Shown piece by piece: positions 18,500 to 26,890 of a stretch of DNA of 64,000 nt. Position 1 is the stretch's first letter; every line of letters begins with the position of its first letter. Source of the stretch: an uncultured Verrucomicrobiae bacterium (GTDB lineage Bacteria > Verrucomicrobiota > Verrucomicrobiia > Chthoniobacterales > UBA10450); contig CAVTMK010000003.1 in NCBI GenBank assembly GCA_963735805.1, positions 224,001 to 288,000 of the forward strand. Reading direction: 5' to 3'. The position numbers were made by a program, and so were the translations under genes. The notes under the pieces were generated by a model. That model did no database searches and was not told the origin of the DNA. It saw nothing but the letters and a program-made list of their open reading frames with translations.

Positions 18500-20155
18500 T
18501 TAACTGGCAAAATAACTGCGCTGCCGGGATTCGAAGCTGTCACCAAAGTAGCGCTTCCACCATTTATCGCTCTCATCCAGGTGGCCGACTTCTACTTCGT
18601 CGGCGTCCGGGTGTTGGGTAAGCCAGTCGCGAAAAGCGAAATGTCGATAGAGACGCATAAACTCGCCAAGATAGATATCGGCGACCCGTGGGTTACCTCG
18701 AATGATGAGCATGTTCTCATCGTTATTTGTGGTAGAAGCTTCACTAAAGTTTGCTGAACCGGAAACCACCAACGGGTTGGCTCCCAGTGGATCTACAAGC
18801 ATGTATTTCGTATGCAGGTATCGTACGTTAACGTTTAAGCTGGAGAGTTGTTCGACCAGCCAGTGGTTAAAGGCGCCTTTTCCCAGGCGCGAGCCAATCG
18901 CGAACTTGTTTTCCTTCATCTTCCTTAGCTTGATGATTGCAGCTTCGTTAGCCGCCTTCTGCTCCTTGGTCCTGGTCGGTCCACTCATCGCTTCCATCAA
19001 TGCATAACGCAGTTTGGCGGTTCCATTGAGGTAAGCATCCTGGAAACGCTTGTTCATTCCGAAGGCAAAGGTCATAAATAACGCGTCATGAGCGCCCGTG
19101 GCCTGCTCGGCATACCAGTCCAGAGCTTTCAAGTTATCGCGCGGGCTAAAAATTGAAGTGATTTGCGTGGCGAGCGGGTCGGTTGGAAGCGGAGTTTTGC
19201 CAGCCAATACCCCAACATCCGCAGACTTCGTCGTATTTTTCTTCAGCTCATTCCACAGCCATAAATATCCGGTCGCAACATCATTCTTCTCACAAACATG
19301 GACGACGTTGCTATGTCCATATATTCCTCCGACACTGAAATTCGTTGAACCTGTGAGCAACGCCTGCGCCGTACCGGCTTTCGTTAGCACGATGGTTTTG
19401 TTATGTGAAAGCGTAAGGCCCTGCGCGTTGCGTGGATAACAAATGTTTCCCAGACCAAATTTCTGGATGGCGGCCTCATTGGCGACCTTTTGTTCATCAT
19501 TTTTCGCGTGATAAAGAACCTGCACATCAGCGCCTCGGTCCCGAGCAGCGCCAAGCGCGGGGAGCACCTTGTCATCCGTGAATTCGTAGGCACCCACACG
19601 CAATCCCCAACCCGGGCCAACAGCGCGCCCGATGAAATCGGCGATTGATTCCGCTGCGCCTCGCGAAAGCCAGGTGAACGCCGCCGGCCCTACCTGATCG
19701 GGCCGCTTGTCGCCGAATAACCGGGTGTATTCCTGCGATGCAGCCGCGCCGCGGTTAAAATGCACATGATGCGTCCTGCCATGTTCGCTCTCAGTGCGAA
19801 TTTTCACCGTTACTTTCTCGGATAGCTGTAGATCGGTCGGTGTACCTCTCAGAGCAAACACTTCATACGTGTAATCGTGCTCCGGTTTCGCGGAAAAATC
19901 CGACCAGCTAAAACCCTGGATAGGATGCTGCCGTGTTGAGTAAAGCATCCCTGGCGGTGGAGACGGCTCTACGCTGGCAAAAGTCTTGTATCCCGACAGC
20001 CAGTACGTCTCTCCCTCGGTATGATCTTCTCGTCGCAAGGCGAATCCAAGCAGGCCCGGACATTTTTGCTGGACGAGATCAATCCCGAGTAGTACGACAT
20101 GCGTCCCGGCAATCGCCTGGACACTCAGGTCTCCTTTTTGTTCCTTGTTTCGCAT
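18500..20155 (-). CDS. Phospholipase D superfamily protein with two HxK motifs
   Basis: SHNKTIVL..GSTNFS and LHTKYMLVD..GSANFS..NDEN; N-terminal beta-sandwich-like region. Confidence 0.85.
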   Translation of the reverse strand: MRNKEQKGDLSVQAIAGTHVVLLGIDLVQQKCPGLLGFALRREDHTEGETYWLSGYKTFASVEPSPPPGMLYSTRQHPIQGFSWSDFSAKPEHDYTYEVFALRGTPTDLQLSEKVTVKIRTESEHGRTHHVHFNRGAAASQEYTRLFGDKRPDQVGPAAFTWLSRGAAESIADFIGRAVGPGWGLRVGAYEFTDDKVLPALGAARDRGADVQVLYHAKNDEQKVANEAAIQKFGLGNICYPRNAQGLTLSHNKTIVLTKAGTAQALLTGSTNFSVGGIYGHSNVVHVCEKNDVATGYLWLWNELKKNTTKSADVGVLAGKTPLPTDPLATQITSIFSPRDNLKALDWYAEQATGAHDALFMTFAFGMNKRFQDAYLNGTAKLRYALMEAMSGPTRTKEQKAANEAAIIKLRKMKENKFAIGSRLGKGAFNHWLVEQLSSLNVNVRYLHTKYMLVDPLGANPLVVSGSANFSEASTTNNDENMLIIRGNPRVADIYLGEFMRLYRHFAFRDWLTQHPDADEVEVGHLDESDKWWKRYFGDSFESRQRSYFAS

Positions 20156-20254
20156 TGCCTTCGCCTCTTACAAACAATGCTAGTCAAAGGCTGTTGGCCG
20201 CAGTCAGTCAAGATTTCTCCGTACTTTAGCGAGCGGAAATAATCGTTGAAAGCA

Positions 20255-20309
20255 GGCTTTGCCGCCAAAATATTTGCGCCTGCGGCGATCGCTTTTGACC
20301 CGATCCACC
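20255..20309. repeat. Degenerate partial copy of the multi-hairpin element at 62030-62285
   Basis: GGCTTTGCCGCC..ATATTTGCGCCTGCGGCGA..CCGATCCACC matches 62071-62103 and 62275-62284. Confidence 0.65.
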
Positions 20310-20390
20310 CCACTCGCCCGGCATAGGCCGATTTCGTCGGACAGACGCCGGGCTGGGGAATCAAATCCCAACGGGATTCTTGCGAGTGGA

Positions 20391-20903
20391 CTACTTACAG
20401 GCTTCGCGCGGCCATTCGCGAGTTTCTTCGAGCGACTCGCCGGTTTCCAGAAGACTCTTGAGGCTCGCAAGAATATGCGGCCATCCATTCGACACGGCTT
20501 CGATGAATTTCGAGCCTTCTCTCTCAATCTCGTGAATAACGGTGAGCTTGACCGATTTACCTTCCTTTTCCAGTTGGTAGGTCAGCCGCGAGTAACCTTC
20601 GGCCTTCAATTCGGGCCGAAACTCATTTCGCCACTTCAACACAAGCCGCCGAGGCGGTTCGACTTCGATGACTTCACCGCTGTCGGTAATCAAGTCGCCC
20701 GGTGCTTTGATGCGCCATGAAGCGCCCGGTTTCCATTCCGATTCCTGCACGGTGTTGACCCAGAATTGCCGGGTGAATTCAGGCTCGATGAGCGCTTTCC
20801 ATAATTTCTCCGGCGTCGTGCGAATGTAGGTTACGTAAACGAATTGCTCTTTCTTCATAGGATTATCTTGTCTTGGTTTTCCTGGTTTTGGTTTGTCCGC
20901 CAC
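20391..20903 (-). CDS. SRPBCC/AHSA1-like ligand-binding protein
   Basis: YVTYIRTTPEKLWKALIEPE, GEVIEVEPPRRLV, GWPHILASLKSLLETG; true start possibly ATG 20858. Confidence 0.88.
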   Translation of the reverse strand: MADKPKPGKPRQDNPMKKEQFVYVTYIRTTPEKLWKALIEPEFTRQFWVNTVQESEWKPGASWRIKAPGDLITDSGEVIEVEPPRRLVLKWRNEFRPELKAEGYSRLTYQLEKEGKSVKLTVIHEIEREGSKFIEAVSNGWPHILASLKSLLETGESLEETREWPREACK

Positions 20904-21228
20904 GGCGGATCTGTCCTGCGGCGGATTCGAGACCTTTTTTCAGATCGCTCAACGCCTGAAGACGATGGCGTTCGTATTTTCCGATCCAACGCTCGTAGAT
21001 CTCATGCAACGGCATCGGATTGAGATAATGCAGCTTCTCGCGCCCGCGCCACACGACGGCGATGAGGTTTGCTTTTTCCAGCAACACCAAATGCTTGGTG
21101 ACCGCCTGCCGTGTCATATCCAGGTGCTCGCATAATTCGCTCAAGGTCTGTCCATTCTCCTTGCGCAGTTCATCGAGTAATTTTCTGCGACTTGGATCGG
21201 CAAGCGCCTTGAAGACTGCATCCATCAA
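20863..21228 (-). CDS. ArsR/SmtB-family transcriptional regulator
   Basis: VFKALADPSRRKLLDEL, MTRQAVTKHLVLLEKANL, GREKLHYLN. Confidence 0.9.
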   Translation of the reverse strand: MMDAVFKALADPSRRKLLDELRKENGQTLSELCEHLDMTRQAVTKHLVLLEKANLIAVVWRGREKLHYLNPMPLHEIYERWIGKYERHRLQALSDLKKGLESAAGQIRRGGQTKTRKTKTR

Positions 21229-21236
21229 CGTTCATT

Positions 21237-21256
21237 ATGCAACCCAACAGTTGCAT
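21237..21256. promoter_or_regulatory. Probable ArsR operator (7-6-7 inverted repeat)
   Basis: ATGCAAC-CCAACA-GTTGCAT immediately upstream of arsR in the divergent intergenic region. Confidence 0.7.
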
Positions 21257-21290
21257 GTCAAATCAGCTGAGTTCCTGGTATGTTCCTGCC

Positions 21291-21623
21291 ATGAGCTTCA
21301 TGAATCTACAGCAGTTGCCGTTTGTCGGGATGTCGTATGAATTCGTTGGCGAAACGGAAGGCGCCCCGTTCTCTGCCTACATTGTTGACGCGAAACCGGG
21401 ACAAGGCCCGCCGTTACACACGCATCCGTACGTCGAAGTCGCGTTCACGTTCGAAGGGTGCGCCATCATCACTGTCGACAATGAAATACGCGACGTGAAA
21501 GCGGGAGGTATCGTTGTGATTCCCGCGAACACGCCGCACCGCTTCGTAAACTCAGGCGACACTGTATTGCGACAAATTGATGTTCACGCCAGTCCGCGAT
21601 TTATCCAGACGAACCTTAAATGA
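21291..21623 (+). CDS. Cupin domain protein
   Basis: PPLHTHPYVE and IPANTPHRF motifs; start 21291 preferred because ATG 21237 lies in the operator. Confidence 0.85.
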   Translation: MSFMNLQQLPFVGMSYEFVGETEGAPFSAYIVDAKPGQGPPLHTHPYVEVAFTFEGCAIITVDNEIRDVKAGGIVVIPANTPHRFVNSGDTVLRQIDVHASPRFIQTNLK

Positions 21624-21629
21624 AGTGTT

Positions 21630-22580
21630 TCACTCACCAGGCGACTTCATGAAGTCGCGGACAAGCCCTGCAATCTCATTCGCAGCGGTGTCGAGCGCAA
21701 AATGACCAGCTTCAAGAACGTGAACTTCAGCGTTTGGCACATCCTCGCGATATCGTTCCGGCTCGCCTGGGTCGAACGACAGATCATATTTCCCCCAGAT
21801 AACAAGCAGGCGCGGCCGTTTGTCGCGCATCCAGGCCTGCCACTTCGGATAGGCATCCACATTGGTTCGATAATCGTAGAACAGATCGCTTTGAATCTGT
21901 GCCTGCCCCGGCTGATTAAGAAAATAGAACTCGTCCGTCCATAGATCGGGATCGTAACGGTCAACGTTCGGGTCGTTCCCGACGTGTCGCGTTCGTGTCG
22001 TCTGCAATGACAGAAGATTTGTGCGAAGCGCGCTTTCATTCGCAGCGCGATCTTTCCAAAATTCGCGTCGCGTTTTCCAATTCGCTCCCAGGCCTTCGTT
22101 GTGCGCAACGGCGTCCTGAACAATAAGAGCTTCGACGCGATCCGGATGTGCAAGTGTCATGCGAAATCCGACGGGACCACCGTAATCCTGCATGTAAAGC
22201 GTGTAGCGCGTGAGCCCGCGCGCTTCGGTAAAGTGATTCATAATCTCGGCAATATGATCAAACGTATACGCGAACTTCTTCGGGTCCGGCCAGTCGCTGT
22301 GTCCGAAGCCTGGATAATCGGGTGCGACAAGGTGATAGCGATCGGAAAGCCGGGCGAAGAGAGGCTCAAACATTCGCGACGAAGAAGGCAGTCCGTGCAA
22401 CAGGAGAATCGTCGGCGCGTCTTTTGGCCCGGCTTCTCTGTAAAAGATGGAGAGGCCATCGATCTGTGTGGTGCGATAAAAAGTCGGGTGTTCCATAGGT
22501 CGTTCTTTTCTCTGTTCGGCGAGCAATTGAATTGATCCGAGCATCAACACAATCAACACCACGCGGATATCGACCAACAT
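21630..22580 (-). CDS. Alpha/beta hydrolase, paralog of 1748..2602, with signal-like N-terminus
   Basis: YREAGPKDAPTILLLHGLP, QDYGG, AGHFAL. Confidence 0.9.
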   Translation of the reverse strand: MLVDIRVVLIVLMLGSIQLLAEQRKERPMEHPTFYRTTQIDGLSIFYREAGPKDAPTILLLHGLPSSSRMFEPLFARLSDRYHLVAPDYPGFGHSDWPDPKKFAYTFDHIAEIMNHFTEARGLTRYTLYMQDYGGPVGFRMTLAHPDRVEALIVQDAVAHNEGLGANWKTRREFWKDRAANESALRTNLLSLQTTRTRHVGNDPNVDRYDPDLWTDEFYFLNQPGQAQIQSDLFYDYRTNVDAYPKWQAWMRDKRPRLLVIWGKYDLSFDPGEPERYREDVPNAEVHVLEAGHFALDTAANEIAGLVRDFMKSPGE

Positions 22581-22595
22581 TGAACGTTTACCGGG

Positions 22596-23012
22596 TTACT
22601 GAGGTTTAGTCTGCGTAGGTGGAAGCATTTCGATTAACTCCTTTTGCCCGTTGAGCAGGTAGTAAAGAATAACCTTCGCGCGCGCTCTGCCCGATGCGTT
22701 ATCGAAGTGCTCAATGATGGCGCCGCCCGGCTCATAACCCACCTGGCCAGTATGAATGATCTGTACCTTTTCTCCTCTAATCTGAAACCTGATTGTGCCT
22801 TCCACGACATAACTGATTACCGGACAAGGATGCCGATGCAGTCCCGTCATCTGCTTCGGCTGAAAAACGACTTCTAGCACATCGACCGTCGAGATCGGTT
22901 GAGTCCCAATGTTGGCTTTGTATAACTCTTTGCGCACAATCTTCTGCTGTGCTGACACATTAGCCGCGACGAAAACCAGAATAGTGACGACCAATATCGA
23001 CATTGTTTTCAT
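22596..23012 (-). CDS. Secreted cupin domain protein
   Basis: Signal peptide MKTMSILVV..VSA; HRHPCPVISYVVEG cupin motif. Confidence 0.8.
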   Translation of the reverse strand: MKTMSILVVTILVFVAANVSAQQKIVRKELYKANIGTQPISTVDVLEVVFQPKQMTGLHRHPCPVISYVVEGTIRFQIRGEKVQIIHTGQVGYEPGGAIIEHFDNASGRARAKVILYYLLNGQKELIEMLPPTQTKPQ

Positions 23013-23128
23013 GCACCACCACATTGCACCAACTCGACTTCAGCGTCATTGACTTCCGACATCTCTTGCTACATCGAAATCAGCCGCGACGGTAATTCAC
23101 GCCAGTCTGCAATTCATTCACACAAATG

Positions 23129-23938
23129 TCAGCTAACGCGCGGCGGATTTTGTTTTAGTGATTCTACATCTGGAAGTGCCTTCCGGTAGTGAGCTGTCCG
23201 AATGCGGTTTTCAGACGTGAAGGGATATTCAGGCACGAGGACGACAGCCGCCTGGTTCGGCAATTCATATTCGGCCACAATGATGGCCGGCTTACCAAGA
23301 TTGGTCTCAATAAGCCTGGAGCCCCTAATTTGCCGCGAATCGACCGGCATAACTTTCATCCGCGTCGGCACACCAACTCGATCGATCACCTCCTGCAAAG
23401 TGGTTTCATGATTGATAAATCTAAACTCAACCGGCATCTCTTCCGTGACAATCTCCCGATCGTTGAATGCTTTCACCAGCGAAAGCTCGCCGAGAAAGCT
23501 TCGTCCGCGCCTAACGAGGAGGCCAAAAATAACCAAACAGACAAAAAGAATTAGGTAGAACTTGCCTATCCACTTCACTTCCGACGGAACGTGCGGCGGT
23601 TCGTAGGAAGGATTGCCGCGGAAGCTTCGCCATCCAGAAACGCGTCCTTGGTCGAATTGAACCTCAAAGCCGATGTAACCTTCGCGCTGTGCTGTTCGCA
23701 ATCCGAGCGGAGCAAGATAATTGAATACACACTTACCGTTGCGCGGTCCCATTTGGTTGCCCGCCTCGCCGTAAGCAGCAACAATTTGTTCCATTGTCAT
23801 CCCCCGATGCAGATGCGCCTTTAACTCCTCCTCCGAAGGGAAAACCCCGGATGCATCTGCACCTGAAGCGAAGACAAAGATGCAAAAGCAGTAAATGATT
23901 AGTTTATTCACCGTTAAGGTCGTCCGCATTCTGAACAC
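23129..23938 (-). CDS. Hypothetical bitopic membrane protein with SmpA/OmlA-like N-terminal domain
   Basis: Signal peptide, LHRGMTMEQIVAAYGE, central TM, second TLQEVIDRVGVP repeat-like segment. Confidence 0.6.
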   Translation of the reverse strand: MFRMRTTLTVNKLIIYCFCIFVFASGADASGVFPSEEELKAHLHRGMTMEQIVAAYGEAGNQMGPRNGKCVFNYLAPLGLRTAQREGYIGFEVQFDQGRVSGWRSFRGNPSYEPPHVPSEVKWIGKFYLILFVCLVIFGLLVRRGRSFLGELSLVKAFNDREIVTEEMPVEFRFINHETTLQEVIDRVGVPTRMKVMPVDSRQIRGSRLIETNLGKPAIIVAEYELPNQAAVVLVPEYPFTSENRIRTAHYRKALPDVESLKQNPPRVS

Positions 23939-23986
23939 ATTTGGCTTATCGCGCGACTCCCAATCTCAACCAGCAACCATAAACTT

Positions 23987-24511
23987 ATGAACTCGGTTGT
24001 ATTTCTCCGTGCGGTGAATGTCGGTGGAACAAATCGATGTCAACCGGCGCTGCTCGCAAAACAGCTGGCGAAGTTCGGTGTCATTAACATTGGCGCGGTC
24101 GGAACATTTGTCGTGCGCGAGGATGTCAGTGAATCGACTCTGCGCTCCGCAATCGCAAAGAAGTTGCCATTCAAATGCGAGATCATGGTCTGTCCCGCGC
24201 GCGACATGATCAGACTTGCGTCAAAGGACCCATTCGCGCGGCAGCCGTCGGGCGTCGATATAACGCGGTTTGTCAATGTGTTGGCAAAACGACTTCCATC
24301 GCCGCCTGCGCTTCCCATTAATCTGCCCTCGGACGAAGACTGGTTACTCAAGGTCGTTGCGATCGAGGGCAGATTTGTTTTGGGGGTGTATCGCCGACAG
24401 ATGAAAGCGATTAGTTACCTCGGCAAGATCGAGAAGGTACTCGGAGTGCCAGCAACTACGCGCAACTGGAACACAATCCAGAAGATTGTGCAGATTCTTA
24501 CCAATGCCTAG
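23987..24511 (+). CDS. DUF1697 family protein
   Basis: N-terminal FLRAVNVGG and C-terminal TTRNWNT signatures. Confidence 0.85.
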   Translation: MNSVVFLRAVNVGGTNRCQPALLAKQLAKFGVINIGAVGTFVVREDVSESTLRSAIAKKLPFKCEIMVCPARDMIRLASKDPFARQPSGVDITRFVNVLAKRLPSPPALPINLPSDEDWLLKVVAIEGRFVLGVYRRQMKAISYLGKIEKVLGVPATTRNWNTIQKIVQILTNA

Positions 24512-24867
24512 CCATCGGTGGGCTTCGGTCGCAACCCACTGCGATTAGATATCTTGATCTTATCGAAGCGAGGCCGGTTCCACATGAAACGAGAGCATGG
24601 AATTAATGCCTGTCTTGTTTCAGCGTTTTAAGGGCTTCTCTCATAGGTAAATCCCCCACCAAACAGGCGCTCGTTTCATGTTTCCTGTCTATACCCCTGA
24701 AATGTCAAACGAGGGCTACTTCCTTGAAACGAAGGTGAAACGAAAAATCAGGACTAAGGGTCATTTGGGCTCTTCCTTTAGGAAGTATTCCCGGCTTTGC
24801 TTTATGATTTTGCCGGCGTTGATCATTTGCTTAGCGAATCGGCTGAACGTCGCGGTAAATTTTGCGG

Positions 24868-24890
24868 TTTCGGCATAACCTTTGCCGAAA
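24868..24890. promoter_or_regulatory. Perfect 8-7-8 inverted repeat upstream of the repeat-protein gene
   Basis: TTTCGGCA-TAACCTT-TGCCGAAA, 50 bp before the ATG at 24941. Confidence 0.4.
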
Positions 24891-24940
24891 TTTCGTTTTG
24901 TACATGTTTGGAAAATTAAACCAAGGAGACAATAAACATT

Positions 24941-25918
24941 ATGAAACCAAAACATATATTTAACAGCATTCTGGCAGTTCTATTCGTGTTCCCATTGATG
25001 GGGACCTTCGCTCAGCAAGCAGCGAACTCGGGCTCTATCGAAGTGGTCACGACTTTTGATTATCCCGGGACCGGAGTTGTGACCACCTCACCGCAAAAGA
25101 TTAACGAAAGAGGCGACATCGTTGGCGAGTTCATCGATTCGAGCGGGGTGGTGCGCGGTTTTGTCCGGTTCAGCGATGGTAGCTTTAGCGCGCCGATCGT
25201 CGACCCTAACGATACCGTGGGTTTTACCGAAGGCCGAGGCATCAATAACTCACGCACAGTAGTCGGTGACTACGAAACCAGCGATCTCAACCAGCACGGG
25301 TTTTTCCTGTCGAACGGCATTTTCACAGAATACGATGTTCCCGGCGGGGTCACAACCAATGTGCTTGGGATAAACGATCCCGGCGACTTTACCGGCACGT
25401 TTGATCCCGGCAGCGGGATCCTCCAAGCGTTCATCAGCGTTGGGGGAACCTTAACCTCGTTTAGCGTCCCGGGAGCTAGCGCGACCCTTGCTTACGACAT
25501 CAATAATAACAAAAAGTTGGTGGTGGGATACTATGTAGACATCTCAGGAATCCCTCACGGCTACTACCGGGACGCCAATGGGGCGCTGCACTTCCCGATT
25601 GATCCTCCGGGCTCCACTACGACAATCCTGTTTGGAGATAACAATAAGAACTGGGTGGTGGGCAGATATGTAGACATCTCAGGCGTGACTCATGGACTCT
25701 TCTTTACCGCGCCAAACAATTTCTTCACTTTCGACTATCCCGGCTCAACCTTTACATCGCTAAACGGAATCAGTAACCAAGGATTGATCTGTGGTCGTTA
25801 CGGCGATCCTTCAATGCCGGGCATTGCCCACGGATTCATAGCTCGCGTCAGAGGCACACCGCCGACAAAAGCGGCGAGGCCGGAAATGAACGCGCACAAT
25901 TCCCGGTCGGCGCGCTGA
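24941..25918 (+). CDS. Secreted beta-repeat protein (HAF-like repeats of about 45 aa)
   Basis: AAGGAG RBS, signal peptide, six repeats of [F/Y]D.PG..T...GIN..G..VG.Y......HGF. Confidence 0.8.
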   Translation: MKPKHIFNSILAVLFVFPLMGTFAQQAANSGSIEVVTTFDYPGTGVVTTSPQKINERGDIVGEFIDSSGVVRGFVRFSDGSFSAPIVDPNDTVGFTEGRGINNSRTVVGDYETSDLNQHGFFLSNGIFTEYDVPGGVTTNVLGINDPGDFTGTFDPGSGILQAFISVGGTLTSFSVPGASATLAYDINNNKKLVVGYYVDISGIPHGYYRDANGALHFPIDPPGSTTTILFGDNNKNWVVGRYVDISGVTHGLFFTAPNNFFTFDYPGSTFTSLNGISNQGLICGRYGDPSMPGIAHGFIARVRGTPPTKAARPEMNAHNSRSAR

Positions 25919-25934
25919 GTTTGAGGATCGCGAG

Positions 25935-25972
25935 AGGCCCGCGCCGTCGGCGCTTTGTGACGACGCGGGCCT
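25935..25972 (+). terminator. Long GC hairpin after the repeat-protein stop
   Basis: AGGCCCGCG-C-CGTCG..TGACG-A-CGCGGGCCT; no U-tract. Confidence 0.35.
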
Positions 25973-26085
25973 GGATGCGTGGCCGACGCCCGGGGGGAGG
26001 GCTCCAAATATACGTTGGATGGAACGGACGATCGCTGGCCCATTGTCCAGTGGAAAAAAATCAGCTACTCTAGGTTTTAGGCCCA

Positions 26086-26883
26086 ATGCACAGCAAACTT
26101 TTGGCAACCTTTCCCTCCATCGAGACTTTTGCCAAGAGACCAATCGGGCAGCTTTCCCAAACCGGGCAAAACGGCACTGCGTTTGTCACCACGCATTGGA
26201 GCATCGTTCTAACAGCCCAAGGCGAATCACCAGAGGCTCGCGAAGCCCTCGAAAAGCTGTGTCGCAACTATTGGTGGCCGATTTATGGCTTTGTGCGGCG
26301 CCAAGGCCATACCCCGGAAGAAGCACAGGATCTTACCCAAAGTTTTTTTGCATTCCTGCTTGAGCGAAAAGGCTTGGATACAGTCGGGCCGGAGAAAGGA
26401 CGTTTACGTTCGTTCTTTTTGGCATCGGTAAGGAATTTCCTCGCAAACGCGCACCGTAGCGCAATGACTGGCAAACGCGGACACGGCCGTCCGGCACTGT
26501 GTTTGGAAGAGTTGGTCAGAGGGGAGTATGCCCATCTTGAGCCGCTAGACACTTTGACCGCCGATCGAATTTATGAGCGCGAATGGGCTCTGGCACTGCT
26601 CGATCAGGTGCTTGTCCGACTTGCGGAAGAATATCGGATGGCGGGTAGCGCAGCGTTATTCGACCGATTGAAACAGTTTCTTGTCGGTGAATCGGACCGG
26701 CCTTCGCAGGCCCAAATCGCGCAGGAGTTGGGGATGACCGAAAACGCCGTAAAACAAGCGTTTCACCGTCTCCGTCATCGATATGGCGCTCTGTTGCGCG
26801 ATGAGATTGCGGAGACGGTCGCCAAACCTGCCGAGATTGAAGATGAGTTGCGGCATTTCATCGCTGTATTGCAAAACCAATAG
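26086..26883 (+). CDS. ECF sigma factor, kinase-associated type
   Basis: FVTTHWSIVL, YWWPIYGFVRR, AQDLTQSFF (sigma2); IAQELGMTENAVKQAFHRLR (sigma4); start uncertain. Confidence 0.85.
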   Translation: MHSKLLATFPSIETFAKRPIGQLSQTGQNGTAFVTTHWSIVLTAQGESPEAREALEKLCRNYWWPIYGFVRRQGHTPEEAQDLTQSFFAFLLERKGLDTVGPEKGRLRSFFLASVRNFLANAHRSAMTGKRGHGRPALCLEELVRGEYAHLEPLDTLTADRIYEREWALALLDQVLVRLAEEYRMAGSAALFDRLKQFLVGESDRPSQAQIAQELGMTENAVKQAFHRLRHRYGALLRDEIAETVAKPAEIEDELRHFIAVLQNQ

Positions 26884-26890
26884 CTGACCA

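Noticed and set aside
14815..24511. Integron cassette array (many short unrelated genes)
   Set aside because: Mixed orientations, no recurring RYYYAAC...GTTRRRY attC sites recognised and no integrase.
24678..24955. Short ORFs 24678..24878 and 24761..24955
   Set aside because: No motifs or clear RBS; AT-richer promoter-like region upstream of the repeat-protein gene.
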